A DNA stretch of 64,000 bases from NCBI GenBank assembly GCA_047495785.1, contig JBLDXI010000064.1, forward strand, positions 62,001 to 126,000, written 5' to 3'. The translations under genes were made by a program, and so were the position numbers. Each line of letters begins with the position of its first letter. Within the stretch, counting starts at the first letter, position 1. Below are positions 39,170-54,193 of the stretch, in pieces. Below the pieces are notes generated by a model, which was given only the letters and a program-made list of their open reading frames with translations, made no database searches and was not told the origin of the DNA. The stretch comes from Lepidodermella squamata. Taxonomy: Eukaryota; Animalia; Gastrotricha.

Positions 39170-40632
39170 TATAATTGGCGAATATGGGTGTGAAAATAAC
39201 GAAAATTGCTTTCAAATCGAACGAAAAAGTTGAAAATGTGCTTAGATTATAATATACAACCTTTAGTGTGTATTTCATCTTTCATTGACAATCGCCGTCG
39301 TCCCGCTTTTAAGTTGGACAATAATATTGTCCTGTCAGTTAATTATCAGGAAGGCGTCAGTTGAAATAATCGCGTGGCTATCTATCCGGTTCGTTTCAAC
39401 AATAAAACAATCAGGAAAATTGTCTTATCCTAATTCTCGCGTTTTCTTTAAATTTTAAATGACTTTTCAATAGTGACCTGAATTGCCCAAAAAATCGTCG
39501 TCAGTGATCTCGATTTGTTTTGGAGAATAGCCACAAAATTTGGCTGGGCTACATGAAGGAGCCGGTTGCATTGTTTTTTCGGCGATGAGAATGACGATGA
39601 GTTCTTGTTCGACGAAGAAACGTCTCAAATCAAGCGAAACACGAAACTCGAATCAAACATTACTTTTCACCTAGTCATCACTAAGCTCGCCCACAGCTTT
39701 CAAAATCAGCGATAGACCGACGCAATGGTAATTCAATCGAATGATAATTCAATCGCCTGTACTCGATTACAAGGTCATGTGGCAATACCGACTTACCAAC
39801 GCAATTACTGACGGGGTTTCCGGGGTTTCCTTAAATTCGATCTGGGCAGAGACAAAGTAAAATAAGAATAACAAAATGTGCCATCAAGTTGCCGATGACT
39901 CAACAGACTCCGGTGTGCGTAGCTAGCTTGAATTATTGATGCTTGAAAGCTTCGCACCGCGCCCTTTGCTTGATGACCAACTCAGACATTCTGAAAAATG
40001 TTTCATTTTTGCTCGAGAGTACAGCGTCGAACTTTTGAAGGCAAACATGTCTCGCTTGCTAGTTCTTGTTCCTAATTTTACACGTTTTAATTGTAGTTGA
40101 AATTAATTAGCCTGATTTCTGAATTTCTATAGATTATAGGTATGACAACTCGATAGCCAATACAAGTCCTGGCTTTATCTGAGACAGACCGGCTGTGAAA
40201 TTGATGTGAATCTCAAAATTGATTCACGCTATACTTATGTGCCATTCCTTAATTTTATCAGTGATTAAAGTTCTCTTTCAACTCTGAAACTCTTGTCTCT
40301 GTTGTTAAATTATGTCAAATTAATCATTTCTTGAGGGCTGTGATCGAAAGAGTAATAAATTTGTTATAAATTTATTTTTTGCTTATAACTTGAGCCAAGC
40401 ACGCTGCATGTTATGGTCCCAAGTCCCAGCCTTTCATAATTTTACTAGTTTTCATATGAAAAGAGTCATCAGAGTGCCCCGTAGAAGGGCGCGCATTTTT
40501 CTTTTATTTCTAAATTCGTCGCGGAATTTTTTACTTGTCCGATCAATCATCTCTCCTTTTTATGATATATATTTAACTTCAGCTTCTAAAACGTCTCACA
40601 AGAAATTATCAGAAAACTGCTCAACAGCTTCA

Positions 40633-43600
40633 CTAAAAATTCTCGCATAAGACGCTGCCTGGATAGGCATTACATTGAGTTGATGAATAGTAATAACCGT
40701 CGGATGGCACGTTATCTTCAACGGTATTACAGAAATGAATGTAAGCACACCCATCAGATACAACCCCATTCCATTGTGTTGCGTCGTAAGTGTAACTCGA
40801 TCCGTCATCCCATTTGAATACGCCGTTTTGCCGGGTGAGAGCGACCCAGACAGGCCCAGCCTGCGCAGCCTTCAGCGCTTGTCTAGCAGCGGCTAGCTCA
40901 GCGTCAGACCTAATCGTTGCCAATGTAGCATTGTTCTCGACGCATTTGGACGCGCTAGCATCTTTGAGGCCCACAAAAACCACCACCGAGTACTTCTTAG
41001 TCGCATTCTTGCAAGCGTTCTCGTCTGGATAGGCGATATTGACCGGAATTCGAAGCTGGATTGCCGCATTGCAGCCTGTCGCCTCTGCAACGCAGTGAAC
41101 TGTACCGTCGCTGTTGTCGACACAACGGACATAGGACGACTGCAAGTAAAAATCGAAATTTTCATTAAACAGCAACAAAGTGCAAAGGAAGTAATTCCGG
41201 ACTCGAATTACAGAAGATGTCAAATCCTTGGTATTAAATGCAACTTATTTCTTTGCTAAGAGGATATTATATATTGATGTATCTCAAATGAAATGTGCAA
41301 TTTAAAGTGTTTAAACACGAACTCACAGGAGGCGCAGGTGGTGATATTTCGTTGATGCACTTGTCATGGTTTAGTTGGAACGTCTGCAAGTCTGAGAACA
41401 GCTTTTCCTGTAGTAAAATAACCATTTGAAAAGTACCACAACAACTAGGCCATGTGTTCAGCCTTACCTGCGTATATCCCCGAGGGCATGCTGCGTAGCA
41501 AGACAGCTTTTGCGATGCATCCTTGCATGAAACAGCATTCTGCTTAAAATACGATTGCAATTAAAAGGGGCGATTTTTCAAATCACAACTCACTCCAAGC
41601 AGGCAAGACTCGCGATTGATGTACACTCTGGTCGAGTACTGCTGAGTCTCGTTGTTTGTGTTACAGCCAGTGATCTGCGGTCTGCAGTCATTGAACTTTC
41701 CGCTGGTCGAATCGAAGCATCGGACATGAGACTTTTCGCTATCCGGTGCAGCGACTGAAATAACAATAAGACATAGCTGTAATTCCATGCTCAGTTTCAC
41801 TCACCAGATCCATTGGTGCAAGACGCGAGATTGGAATACACAGTCGATTCAGTGGCCTGTGAAAGAGAAATCAGAATGTCATCACCACGACAGAATGAAA
41901 TAGATGTCACTCGCCAAGTTGTTCGGGCAAGAGTAAGGATATGGAACACAAGTTTTGATAACGTTGTTTGAAGTGCAACGCCTGAACTGCAAATTCTAGA
42001 AAAATAGAAAGTAAAAAGTAATCAAATACAATTTTCTGAAGGTTCAGAATTCTTACATTGAACACAGCTCGTTTCTTCTCACATTCGTTGAGGTTGAATC
42101 TCAGGTTCAGCTGTGGGGTCGGACTTCCGAACCAGAACAACTAAAAGATAACAAAAAATGATTTCTTAATAATTTTGAAATTTGAAATTTTGAGAAAGTG
42201 CGCGAGAAATTTTGCAGCCCTGATTTGAAGTCTATCTATGCTCAATAGGGCCGATGCAGGATTCTTTGTTCACCCTTAACGAAATCGAGTTGCCTGTGTA
42301 AGTTTGAAATGCCTGCGTAATTATCGCTAATTCAATGCTCTTCGCAGATACTAAAGGCTTCGACTAAAGGATAAGTGAGCGAGCGCAGCGAGCTTAATAT
42401 GGTGAAAATGCAAGGGGGAAGCAATTTTCTCGTTCTGAAAATGCAGTCCTTGGTGTTGGTACCATATGACTGATACCTGAAGTTACTGAGTGCAATTCAC
42501 TTTGCTTTCACGGCTTTCAAGTTTGAACCAGGGGGGATGACTTATTTTTTTGGGGGCGCGACTTCTCGCGAAGAGGGGGTAAACCCCCTCATCCCTCCCG
42601 CTACTTCCTACACTGATAAAAAGATTTGCGGTAAATTGTGAATTTAAAATTTAGCAATAAAAATATGCATGCGCAACAGACAACAGACAACACTGTAACA
42701 GATAGGATCTTTCTCTAGTGAATGTATTCGAGCTGCTATTGCAAAAAGGGCGGCACGCGACCACTTTTATGCCACCCAAAGTCCTAACCGCCCATTATAA
42801 TTTTAATAATAAAACAAAAAAGCCACACCCAATACCTCTTTCTAATTTCTTGAATTTCTGCTCATAAATACTAGAAGCGGCCATCTATCTATTGATACCA
42901 GGCACACCTATTGTTCCCTTATGGGTAATTTTCTCGCTAAAAAGGGCGCTAAAAAGGGCTATATTTGATGATTTTGGGAAAAAAAATTAAAAAAAAATAG
43001 GTTATTCACGTCGAGAATTTTCTCTGTCCGGCGATATAAAATTTGTCTGGTAAATAATGTATTTTGATTTTCCGATTTTATCTCAGCTCGAAAACTTATT
43101 ATTTGCTAGAATATTAGTATGGTATAACATGAGTAAAAAGTTCATTTCTGAACGGAGCCGACCGAGATTTACGAATCGAAACGAGCCGGAGGCGAGTTGA
43201 GATGAGTAATTCGAGTGCACTGCCGAAAAAATTGGGAAATTGAAAGAAATTATTTACCGTCGGATAGTAGGAAATTAGAAAGATCACTAAGAACTAGATT
43301 ACAAAGATATATAATCTTCAACATCGGACCTACCGTCATTTCACTCTGTTTGTTACAGCCGATGTTTCCAGGCACGCAGAACGGGGTCAGCGCCTCGTGT
43401 TTGTAGCACATCCGACCATTCTATAAGTATATAAATCCTATATAGTACAATCGAAAATAAATTGCAAAATTAAACCCACCCCTCGGCTACAAGCGCCTGG
43501 TTTTTGAAAAATCTGGCCCAACTATCAATAGGAAAAATAAAGAATTGGCAGAATATGAATTTATCGAAACCAGCCTGGTATTCATTGAGTGGATCACAGC

Positions 43601-43748
43601 CATCGGCAGCTGGGACGCAGTTGGTGAATCGGTTGCTGAACTGTGAGAAGCAGCGAACCCAGTTCAACGGCTTCTTGCCAACAGCAGTCACCTCGATAGA
43701 CGCCAGCATCATCAGCGGCAAAAGCAGAGTGTTGCAATGCGCAATCAT
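40633..43748 (-). CDS. Gene I: secreted Cys-repeat (x6) + single CTLD (CTLD1 type)
   Basis: MIAHCNTLLLPLMMLASIEVTA signal, NWVRCFSQFSNRF, HVRCFDSTSGKFNDCRP, terminal exon 40633-~41139 with CTLD. Confidence 0.88.
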
Positions 43749-46700
43749 TTGATATGACAAACTTTAACAAAAAATCACCTAAAATTTGGCGAATCTTAAC
43801 AAAAAGCGTGAAAATAAAAACAAATGAAATGCAAATGACGGTCACTGCCGGTTCATTTTTTTAGGCGCCCTTTTTGGGGTAAAGCACACTTTCGACGATC
43901 GCACAATCACGGCGGGGAAAACATTATGGTTTACAGCGCGTGGCGTGGGTGTTTTATTTTTTGCCAAACGGCGCTAGAAAAAAGTAATTGCGTAATACGC
44001 CATAAAGAGGGCGATTAATAGTCCTGATCCGGGGTCAAATAATTTCATCAAACATTAGAAAAAAGTAATCTTAGACACGCGAAAATTCATTTAGATCAAT
44101 AAGAAAATCTGCTATTTAATATGAATTCTTCAATTTTTCTAACCGATTTGCTTTACTCGAAATAGCCATCAGAATGGTTTTATTTGATTTTTGTACACCA
44201 ATTTCATTTTATTCTCCGAATCAGTAGTTGATAGAGTTCCCCGATTTACACCATCATAGTACCGTATTTACTTTTTCGAAATTCTAGCTAAAATTTCTTG
44301 CAAAAAATCAAAGGCTTCAATTCAGGCCCCCACAAAAGTACTCTTTATTTTAGGCAGAAATAGAGAAATCTGGCTCTATAGGAAATCTATAATTCACGAA
44401 TTATTCAATTATTATATATGTCACATTGAAAGTGCACTTAAAACCACAGCGCAACACAAAACACCAATTTGCAGCAGGATAAAATTGCAACACATAACTT
44501 ATTTCTGTAACTTGTAAGTTCGATATAACAAGAAGATATAGGATAGGGGCAGTTTTTTACGCTCAATCCGAATATGAAAACCGGAAGGGACGATTTTCAA
44601 TTTTTACCCGGTTTTTACCCGGTTTACCCGGTACCAACGTTCCTGACATTCAAACAATTACCACGGTCGTATTCCGCGCCTCCGATAACATCTATTGGTA
44701 TGCCTGAATTTTACTTGTTTCACTAATGCCAAAAACAATGTCGTGTGTTGCAAAATTGTGTGCTGCAAAATATTAAGTTTTGTGTTGCACTTTGGGTATT
44801 TCTGTTACGCTGTGGTGGTGAATCCGAATCTGATATCAGCAGTTTTATAGCGATATCCTATAATTGGAAAATAATCGATTTTCGTAATCAATATCGATTG
44901 ATTATCGATTTTTTTCTGATCACTATTCCGGATGGAAAAAACCAATTCGGATTCGGATCCCTCGATGCGGATTACCCCTTGTGGTCAACATGGCGTTGTA
45001 CGGATCCGCCAAATTGTACACTTTAAATGGCGATTTTTGTTATAAATTGTCGACATTTCACGATTATACACTTTCAATGTGACATATATATATATATATA
45101 TCCGTCATCCTTTGTTGAACTATCTCCGAAGTGATACCAAAGTTTCGAAATCGAGGAAGATACCCAGGCCAAGCTATAATAGACTAGAGTCTCTAGAGCT
45201 GGAGTATGCAGGGTATTATACCGACCGGTTTTTATTCTGAAAAAACCGCCCACCAGTTTAAACCGATTTATACCGGTAATAAACACCGGTTTTTAATGAA
45301 TTTCAATAATCAAAGGATCTGACCAAAGGAGAGTCGAACAACTCAAATGCCTTAGCTTCTATTGAATTTTTGAGTGCACCACGTTAATCTACGCAAAAAA
45401 CTGCATAGTTTGATGTGTTACTGTGTTAAATGCAATAAAGCAATAAAAATTAAAAAAACAGCTAATTATCTCCAGATCTGTGATAGCTGTGAAAATTCTG
45501 AAAACGGGATTGAGTTCCCCGTGCAAACTTTACCCCTCCGGAGTTTCTAAGGGGGATTTTGCGATCAAAAGACGCGGTTTTGCCGATTCCTTTAAAAATT
45601 TGTACAACTTTCCGCTCAACAATTAAAAAACCGGAAGTGAATTTTGATTTTGCGATATTTTCGTTAGGTTTGCGAATTAAGAGATATTTGAGTTCTAGGG
45701 GTAATCTGAGGCGCTGAACACGCTGAGCGCATCTGTTATCACACTGGGAGTATCGGTTATCGAATATCGATTATCGATTATACAGTGAATGATTGATTTT
45801 GTTCGAATTTGGCCGAATCTTACTTGGCAAATGATCCTTCACGCTCAGAATCAAAGCTGATTATCATAACCAACGCAACTCCTGATCTTGTAGCTGATCT
45901 TTCAGCTAGGACGATTGAGATCCTGCTCCTCCCTGCGGTCGGAGAAGGAGCGCCGGGTGAAACCCAGAATTTGAAACTTAAATATTACATACAAGAGTAA
46001 CCTTTTCTTTTATTTAGCTTCAGTCATTGAAAATGACCGGATGTGCTCTAAGCTCTTTGCATTAGTTGTCGCTTGCCGCTATATTAGACTGGCTCTGAAT
46101 TATATCATTCAAATTGAAGGGTAGATAACCCTGACTTGGATTCGTCTTACAGCGGCTATTAGACTAACTAAATAATAGGTAACTAAATCGTAGGCCTATG
46201 ACCCCAACGTAGCCCTAAACCTGCGCGACTGGGGCCTGCTTGATTCAACCTTCAACCTCTTTTTATTGAAACATTTATAAAACCCTATTGGAAATGTGCA
46301 TCGGTTGCGGTAATACTGTCCGTCCGTAGATCTTTCTATCGGAATAAAACATCTTCTACCGTCGGAAACTATCAGAATAATAAAAATATCTCTTTTCATG
46401 CGAAATTACTACTTATTTTCCACTCTACTCTTCCACTACTTTTCCACTCTTCAAAATATCTTTTTCCTCGAATAATGTCTTTCCGATGACGGAACAATCA
46501 ACCATGAACGATAGCACATCACTGCCGAATCTTCAGCTTTGATAACTCGAAGCTTCGGGTCACACGACCAATAGGAATATTATGACCTATGCTGCGTTTT
46601 TTCCCCGCCCGTGCTTCGCATGCTTGGCTGTAACCCACAACTACCTCTTCGAATGGACCTGCCTTCTTCGCCGAACGGTTTGCTCAAAGGCCCAGTTGCC

Positions 46701-47909
46701 TCTTCCTGTTCGATGTCTTATACTCGAAAGCTCCAACCAGTCTTCGGCGACGACCGGGCTAGGGGCTTGGGACATCGTTCCAACCGCTAGAGGCTAGAGG
46801 AACAGAATGATGCCGCGGATCGATGGCGAATGGCGATGAATCTTAGCTCGTGGGCGAAAGCCATAGAGCTAGTTATGACGCCCTACTCCTGACTAAGCCT
46901 GCACATATTATATGTACGAATAGTCGAAAAACTGTACATAAATATATACGAACATCCACCCCGATATTTTCACCACTTATTAAACTTATGAGCTTTCAGC
47001 AATAAATATAGGCTGGCACTAAACTTTCCCGATTCTTCGCGATATGGGCTCTTACCGATACTTTTGCCCTTCCTGAACATTTTAGCCGTTGCCATAGGTT
47101 ATGCAGAAAAAGCATCATTGTTCCAAGCCTGTTGACATTATGAATCTGGAAAATCATTGATTTATAAAATCGACATTTGGAATTGATATCGGTTAAATTA
47201 TAACGAGTTATCTGAGTTATCGTAAGCTGACCGCAAAATACGCGTAAAATATAGATTTGTCGTTTAGGCATAAAAGAAGAGGTCGATATTCTAGTGAAGA
47301 CGTGAAATTCCATATTTTTGGAAAATCTGATGCAGGAGTCTCCAGTTTAGCACTGAAACCCCAAAATTACACGAAAAAGTGACGCAGATATCTAGGCAAA
47401 ATAAGGGCGTTCTCTTGGCAAAAATTTCTGGAAAATACCATTCCACCTAGAGTTTGACTGTAATGTTACCTCACTGTTTCGAATAGGACGGGCGTGGCTT
47501 GGTATATGGCTAAAAATTGAACTAATTTAAACTTAAAACCAGCTCTATGTGTAGCCTCTACATAGCTAAGCAAGCCCTAGAGGGCTAGGTTTGATTCCCG
47601 GCAACAACAGAACAATTTAACTGGATGAGCCTCATCCATCATTCACTCGCGTTCGGGATTGCAGTCGCTCACGCCGCTAAACAAAATTGGTACCGCTTTG
47701 CGTTTAATGGGCTAGAATGCTGCGAAAAACTTGGCATCGGTTCCGGCATGCATACATCGGTATGGGTTCCAGTTTACGCCCAGGGCCTAGAAAAGGATAT
47801 GACTGCACCCCAGTATGTTCGAACAGGAATTTGCTACCCCATTTCGAATAGGACGACGAGGTTCTCTTTGAATAGAGGCATTATTAAAACATTATTAAAA
47901 CCTAAGAAA

Positions 47910-48110
47910 TATGCGTACGATCATCTACCGAACGTTGCAACTGCTGTCTTACCGAGATGCGACTACAACCGATCGCCGTCATCACTAGGACAAAGTGCTG
48001 CCCGCCGTTCTCTTCGCCTACCGATGCCGTCAACTTTTCTACCGGTTTCATCTCGGCCAAGCTGCCCGGTCATTCGCTGCGCTGATTTTCGCCGTATTCA
48101 TGCCTGCTCG
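47910..48110 (+). mobile_element. Degenerate Gypsy/Ty3-like integrase fragment
   Basis: ..RTL..(W>stop)DKVLPAVLFAYR..(frameshift)TGF resembles the integrase-core consensus WD..LP.VLFAYR....STGF.P. Confidence 0.6.
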
Positions 48111-49691
48111 TTGTCCGCCGGTAACTGACCTGGCTCAACAACAGCGCATTCTGCAACGCCAGTGGAGCAAGCCCGAGCTAACCTCGACAGAGCTCGACTA
48201 CGTCCTAAACGCTACTTTGACCGCTACGCCAACACTTGTCAGTTCGAGTAGGGCGATCCTGTTAGGGCTCGACTCGCACAGTCAAGCTGCACCGCGTTGA
48301 AGTTACCAGCTGAGCAGAACACGAACACCATCATCGTCAATATCGACCTCAAGCCGTTTGACCAGTTTGAGGACTAGATGGCTGCTCTACCAAAAACGCT
48401 ACCGCTGCACCATCGCCAGCCAACTCGCGTCATGATTCGTCCCTTGAAGCTAGCGCAACGCCTCGGCTACGTCGATACCGAATTCGCTCTACGCGACCTG
48501 TTTCGAAGTGTCAACCTAACTGGCTCGTACGAATACGAATTGATCGTCTTAACATTTATCTGCTTTGCTCCCGCGGTTCTATCTACTCTCTAGCCCTGGT
48601 GAATTCCTGTATCAGTTTCGACGCACTACTGCGACACGAGTGCGACGCTGTAACTACGGCGACTTACAGCGCGAAATAAGACTGCGTCAAGAGAAAGATT
48701 CAATTAGCCATTGTGAATTGTGACCCTACCTTGGGTCAAAATCCAAGATTGGGTTCCTAGATAGACCGTGATAGGTTCCACAGGTGGGGTCGGGCTAGCT
48801 CATCCGATGGTAGTCAGCAGTTAGCGTTAGCAAACTCACCCGACAAACTCACCCGACGATTTCAGAATTTCGACTTTGAAAATTCGCAGAAAACTGAATT
48901 TGATGATTTCTTGATCGCCCTTTTGAGGAATATTGCTTTTCGGTGTTGGCTACAAGGTTTTGAGACCAGGGCACCGTTACCTGGCATGGTCAGGACATAC
49001 TGGTCAACCTGAGATTGAAATTTCGATTTTTTTCAACTTGAAATTGCATAGGGTTCTGATCATTTTTTGATCCAACAAAAAATACCACCATGTCCGCCAT
49101 AGTCTCATTGACAATGTGTCAATTTTTTCGAGTTGGAAATAAAAATGGCGATGCTATTGAAATGCAATCAAACCGGCCAAATTAGTCCTATCCGCCCAGA
49201 AATATACAGGCGGAGTGCGCGATTTATGTGCTGCAAAAACTGTCGCGAGGAAAAACGTGGAAAGAAGTCAGATCTGAATGCTGAGCCTCTAAAACTTTTT
49301 TAAACTGAATTTTTTCGGTGATAGAAGTGAGGGAGAATCTTAGGGACATTCGTGGGAGTAATTTATTACCTAAAATTCCATAGCTGAAGGCACCTGACAC
49401 AGAAATCAGGGTGCTCGAAAAATCGCCTGAAATCAGCTGGGCGGATAGGACGATTTCGGCCAGTTTTTGTGCCTTAAAGACAAACGGATTTCAAAATCGT
49501 GATCAGGGCCTTCCAAAATCCCTAGAATCGTTCTCCCGAAGATAAATAATTCCGCCATGAAAGGGTCATCGGGATTTAGAGCGAAGCGAGAAAAATTTCC
49601 GCAAGTTGGAAACTTCCTTTACGTAATGAGCAATTTTAGCCCTAGAAAATGGGCCGAAGAGGGGTTTTGAATTTTCATTATTGGTAGTTGC

Positions 49692-49883
49692 TTGAACAAC
49701 AAAAACAACCAGCTGGTTACGCCCCTGCCGTGTATACACGCTGTCGCGCTGGCTCATGAACTCCGATCGCATCCAATCCCTGACGAATCCCTGACGAGCA
49801 ATTCCTCTGGTATTGCGTGGCAACCCTCGTGCGAGGCCTCGTGGTCGTGGTCGTGGCACGGCTCAGGTTCCAGTCCAAGCTGA
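49692..49883 (+). mobile_element. Fragment of a second MULE (SWIM tail)
   Basis: PLPCIHAVALAHELRSHPIP followed (other frame) by IPLVLRGNPRARPRGRGRG; matches KPCPHAVALAHHLPNHSRIP..VPLVTRGKAGRR of the element at 372-2558. Confidence 0.65.
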
Positions 49884-51250
49884 ACCTGTGGTATCTGAGC
49901 CAAGGTGCGGTCATAGCCGGTTAACAGTTATCGCATCAATATCTGTTGACGAAGCTGTCAGTAGCCGAGGTCAAGGTCGTGGCAAACTCACCAGCTCTGT
50001 TTCTGTCGATGAAGGACACAACGGAGGGCTAACAACTCAAAAGACGCGCCGGGGTTGAATTGTGGAAACAGCTGTCTAATTAGGTATTCATCGGAAACCA
50101 GTATCTTAAAGTGTCGGAATATACAGTGACAATCAAAAGATCCGCACGGTGGAATTGGGGCGATGCTTGTTGAAATTTTTCGCACGTGCGAAATGAGGCT
50201 GTTTATCCCCAGCAAAACAGACCAAAATGACGCCTTTTTCACGATCTCCAAAAATAGCTCCAAGGAAAGGGGGATAGTTTCAATAATATGAATATATTCA
50301 TGAGATGTCATGAAACTAGGACATTCTTAATTAAGTACCAAAAATTGCAGAAAAATTTGAGCAATTAGAGTAAGGTTATAAGAATTCAAAAATAATGTTT
50401 CCATAATTTTTCTGACATAATTATCAACTTTGAGGGCTTCAGAATATTAATTAGCACCTTATGAATATTCATATTTTTAAAACTATCAAAACTTCTTGGT
50501 CTGTCCGAGTTACACTTTTTATTTTTATCTGAGTTCAACCCAAGCTTGGAGCTAAAAATAGTTCGGGCGCGTGTGAGATATTTTTAGCTTCAACTCAACA
50601 AATTCCTGACCGTGCGTAACTTTTGATTTTCACTGTACTGTTATTAAAATATAGGTCGTTGTCTAATAAGCAACTAGTTTTTTGCCAATTTGCTCAAAAA
50701 ACTAGTTTAATATCTTGTAATAATGGATCCTATATAATGGATAAAAAAAGGATCCTATGCCAAACATTTGGATCAAATGTCAAACTATTATGCAATTCGG
50801 CGAAAATCAGGGACCCCAAAGTCCATGGAAATGATGTCGAATATTTTTTCTACCGGAGTTAAATAATTCCGCCATGAAAAGGTTAACCTTCGCAGCGCAT
50901 GAAATAGATTTATGAGTTCGGTCTCTATTAGGCATGGCGGCAATAAAGCTTTTCCGTTTCACACCTAGAAATAATACCAAAAAGGCAAATTGTATGCACC
51001 TTCTCCTAGATCCTAGAAAAAATACAAATAATCAGCCCACGTGAGTGAAACGAGCTATAGTTGTCATAGTTTGCACAGGAAATGGTATAGAGGTTTCAAA
51101 ATTTCCAGCATGGCGCAGCCGCCTTTTACCGAAGCGGAAAAAATCGCACAATAGTCGCTTGTTCCGAAGAAATAAATTATAATAAGTAAACCCGATAATT
51201 AGGATTTCCTAATATAATTCCTAATATAATTCCTAAATCGTGTCGCTAAC

Positions 51251-51418
51251 ATATCCACGGGTTGGGCAGAACGACTTGCCTTAAATAGAAACAATGGCTC
51301 AGAAAAAATGATGCGTAGAATAAACTGGCGCTCAGCTATCTTGCGACTGACTTAGCGGGTGGCGGATATGCCATTTTTCTATTTTAGGCAAGTCGTTCTG
51401 TCGCCCACCCCGCGATAT
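51251..51418. repeat. Short foldback MITE
   Basis: cagaacgacttgccttaaatagaaacaatggc pairs with gccatttttctattttaggcaagtcgttctg. Confidence 0.75.
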
Positions 51419-51794
51419 AGAGTCGTTACCACTTACCACCTGATTCTCGTCTATTAAGATGATAAAAGGCTATCACGATGATAATAATATTTATTATTTT
51501 AAAATAATCTTGATCGTGTGCGTACTGCCAAGGAAGCTTAATAAGTAAATAGCACGCTAGAACTTTATAACCAATCGGATTAGCGTAAGTAGCCTGCCCT
51601 TCTAATCCTGGAAATATCAATTTACGAATACAAATGATGATGATACGATGATAATGACTCCAACGATTAGCTAACAACAGTTAACTATGTATCGCCGATT
51701 TTATGCCGATGTTTATTATTAATAACGAAGAAATAACGAAGAAATGATCGCATTTTGCTGCCAGTTTTTTTGCCCACATCATTTTAGAACAAGA

Positions 51795-52345
51795 TTTTCT
51801 GTTTTCGAAATGAAAAATGGCAGTTTTGTTAAAAATGTGCTGCTTTGCCGCAACTGCTGTTCTGCATAATTGGTGTCTCAGCGCCGTACCAAAGAAATCA
51901 TCTAGATTTTCTACAAAAAAGTTGCCACATCGTGACAACTTTGTGCGCAAATTCTGGGACATGCGGCTTAGCGAAATGGCGAAGAATTCCATTGCTGCTT
52001 TGCAAATAACGACCATGAATCCGGAAATTTAGTCTACGGCAGTGGTGCGCAAACATTTTCATCTACCGGCGATTTTGGCAGCCGCGAGGGTACCAAACCG
52101 GCCGCAACACTATTGGCAACTCCAACCGGCCGCACAACCAGATTATTTGTACATGTCATCGGCGGAAGCAACTGATTTATTTTGTTAAGATCTTCAATTC
52201 AGCATTTTGATGAGAAATTCAAAATGTTACGATTTTCCACCTTGGATTTGGCAGAGCATTTTAAGAGACTACCCAAAACCAAACACTTGCCGCCCAGCCT
52301 TCTTGATTTATTCCCCGACTGATTCATCCCAACCCATGATTCAAC
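51795..52345 (+). repeat. ~550-bp direct repeat, second copy at ~61478-62033
   Basis: Shared ttttctgttttcgaaatgaaaaatggcagttttg... through ...catcccaacccatgatt. Includes an hAT-like end CAGTGGTGCGCAAAC. Confidence 0.85.
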
Positions 52346-52409
52346 CAGTAGAAACCGGATTTTTACGTTTTGAAGCGGTTGTTCCAATATGTTTTTTCCC
52401 CGGCTATTA

Positions 52410-54193
52410 CAGTGCTCCCTCGATAAAAGCACTGGGTCGGGAGCCAGACGCGGTCTTTAAACAAGGGAAAGCTATAACGAGGGCTGTAATTGAATGCAGT
52501 AGCTAAAAATAGACCGTTTCTACGTCTTAGGACAGTTTCCATGCCAACGCGCAGAAAGAGACGGACACGGATTACGTGTCATTGCAAATTTCGCTCGCTA
52601 AAGACTGTTAAACAATAAGACTATTAATCACTAGTTCTTCGCCAAGTTTTTATTCTTATTTGCCAGGGTGGCTTTGATTTGACTGGATGGCCTTGTTTTT
52701 TTACTCTGATTTTAAGTCCTGCCTGGGGTTAACGAACTCAGAATAAAAAAACCTGGAATCTCATTATTTCAATTTACTTCAAAAATGCCCAGCTCGTCCG
52801 ATTTCGCAAACAAATTTCATTTGAAATCACAGCTTAAAAAAATCGATCACGCTGGTCAAGATTGACCAGAATACTTCTGAATAAATCACCAGCAAATTCA
52901 GCCAAACATTCTCAAGATAATGCTGTGTTCAATTCATATAACTCATGCTTAGCCTAAAATTCGTAAAATTATTTAAAAAATAATATGAAATTTGAAACAA
53001 TTAGGATGACAAAATGTATTTTCGACAATTTTTTCCCGGTTAACCTGACTTTTTCTTTTTTAAATTCATCGAATTAATGGTATTGAGCAATCACGGACCG
53101 ATTTCAAGGCATAAGACGTGTGGTTCCATCAAGAGGGAAGAGGGAACAAGAGGGTGTTTAGATTGAATGGAATAAATTTGTATCTTCTCAGGCGTGATCA
53201 TTTTAATTCGACTGGCCTATTAGGATCAAGGTAAAAATCGGGCAGAAGCTCCCGCCGCCCCTCCTCGGGATGTAGCGATTTTCAAAGTCAAAATCGAATT
53301 ATTAAAAGTTGTACAATAAACCCGTAAAATTGCCAAGGCGTTGAGCAATGAAATCGTAGAGTAGTGGCAGCCAGTTTCATGTTAGATCAGGCCTATCGAC
53401 TATCGAAAATCGGCTAATAATCCAATAACTCAGGACAACTGGAACGATTGAAAACGGTCTAATTTTATGAGAATAAATCCATGTATCGAAATTAAAATAA
53501 ATCTCAAAACAAGGACATGATTCTTCATGATTACGCAACACAGCCGGGAACAAACTTGGGAAAACTGAAGTTACAATTTCCTTAAAAAATCACGAATTAT
53601 ATCCTAATTTGATCATGCTACATAATAATGCTGGTAAATTTCAAGAGATTTTCTGGCCGGGAAAAAGCTAAAAATTGAAAAATCAGGGCAATTCAGATGA
53701 GTCTTTTAGTTGATCAGCAATTGGCCTGAGGGAAAATCTGCAAATCAAGGAGAGCTAAGATTGACGGGCATTTTTATTGTTATTGAAATGAATCGCTGAT
53801 TGTGTCTGATAACTTGGCGTAATTTCTGATAGAAAAATTTAACAAAAAACAAAAGTTTAACTCGCAGCACGACTTGAGTGGCAGGTAATCCTCACACTCT
53901 GTTGCATAATCACAGCCATTTCAAAGTCACAAGAACAGCTTAATGCACTGATGATCTTTCGGTTTGAACTTAACTTGAAATAACTGGATGTCTCAAAACC
54001 ACGACAACGCGCCGCTAGGTTTCTAGGAACGCTTTATTATTTTAATTTTTCACGCTTAATTTTTTTAATCTATCAACAAATTATTATTTGTTTAATTAAA
54101 AATTTACAACTAATTTATTTAGCAGGGTCCAATATTACGGTCTACTAACGAGGGAGTTCTTTTAAGGAGGGTGCCACTAACGAGGGAGCACTG
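52410..54193. mobile_element. Non-autonomous pogo/Tigger-like element (TA TSD)
   Basis: TA|CAGTGCTCCCTCG ... CGAGGGAGCACTG|TA; subterminal CTAACGAGGGAG repeat. Confidence 0.75.

Noticed and set aside
47550-47610. tRNA gene (GGTTTGATTCCC B-box-like; similar GGTTCGATTCC near 5959)
   Set aside because: No convincing cloverleaf or A-box; at most SINE-like debris.
47625-48593. ORFs of 167, 101 and 71 aa as host genes
   Set aside because: They overlap degenerate retroelement sequence with stops and frameshifts, and show no coherent exon structure.
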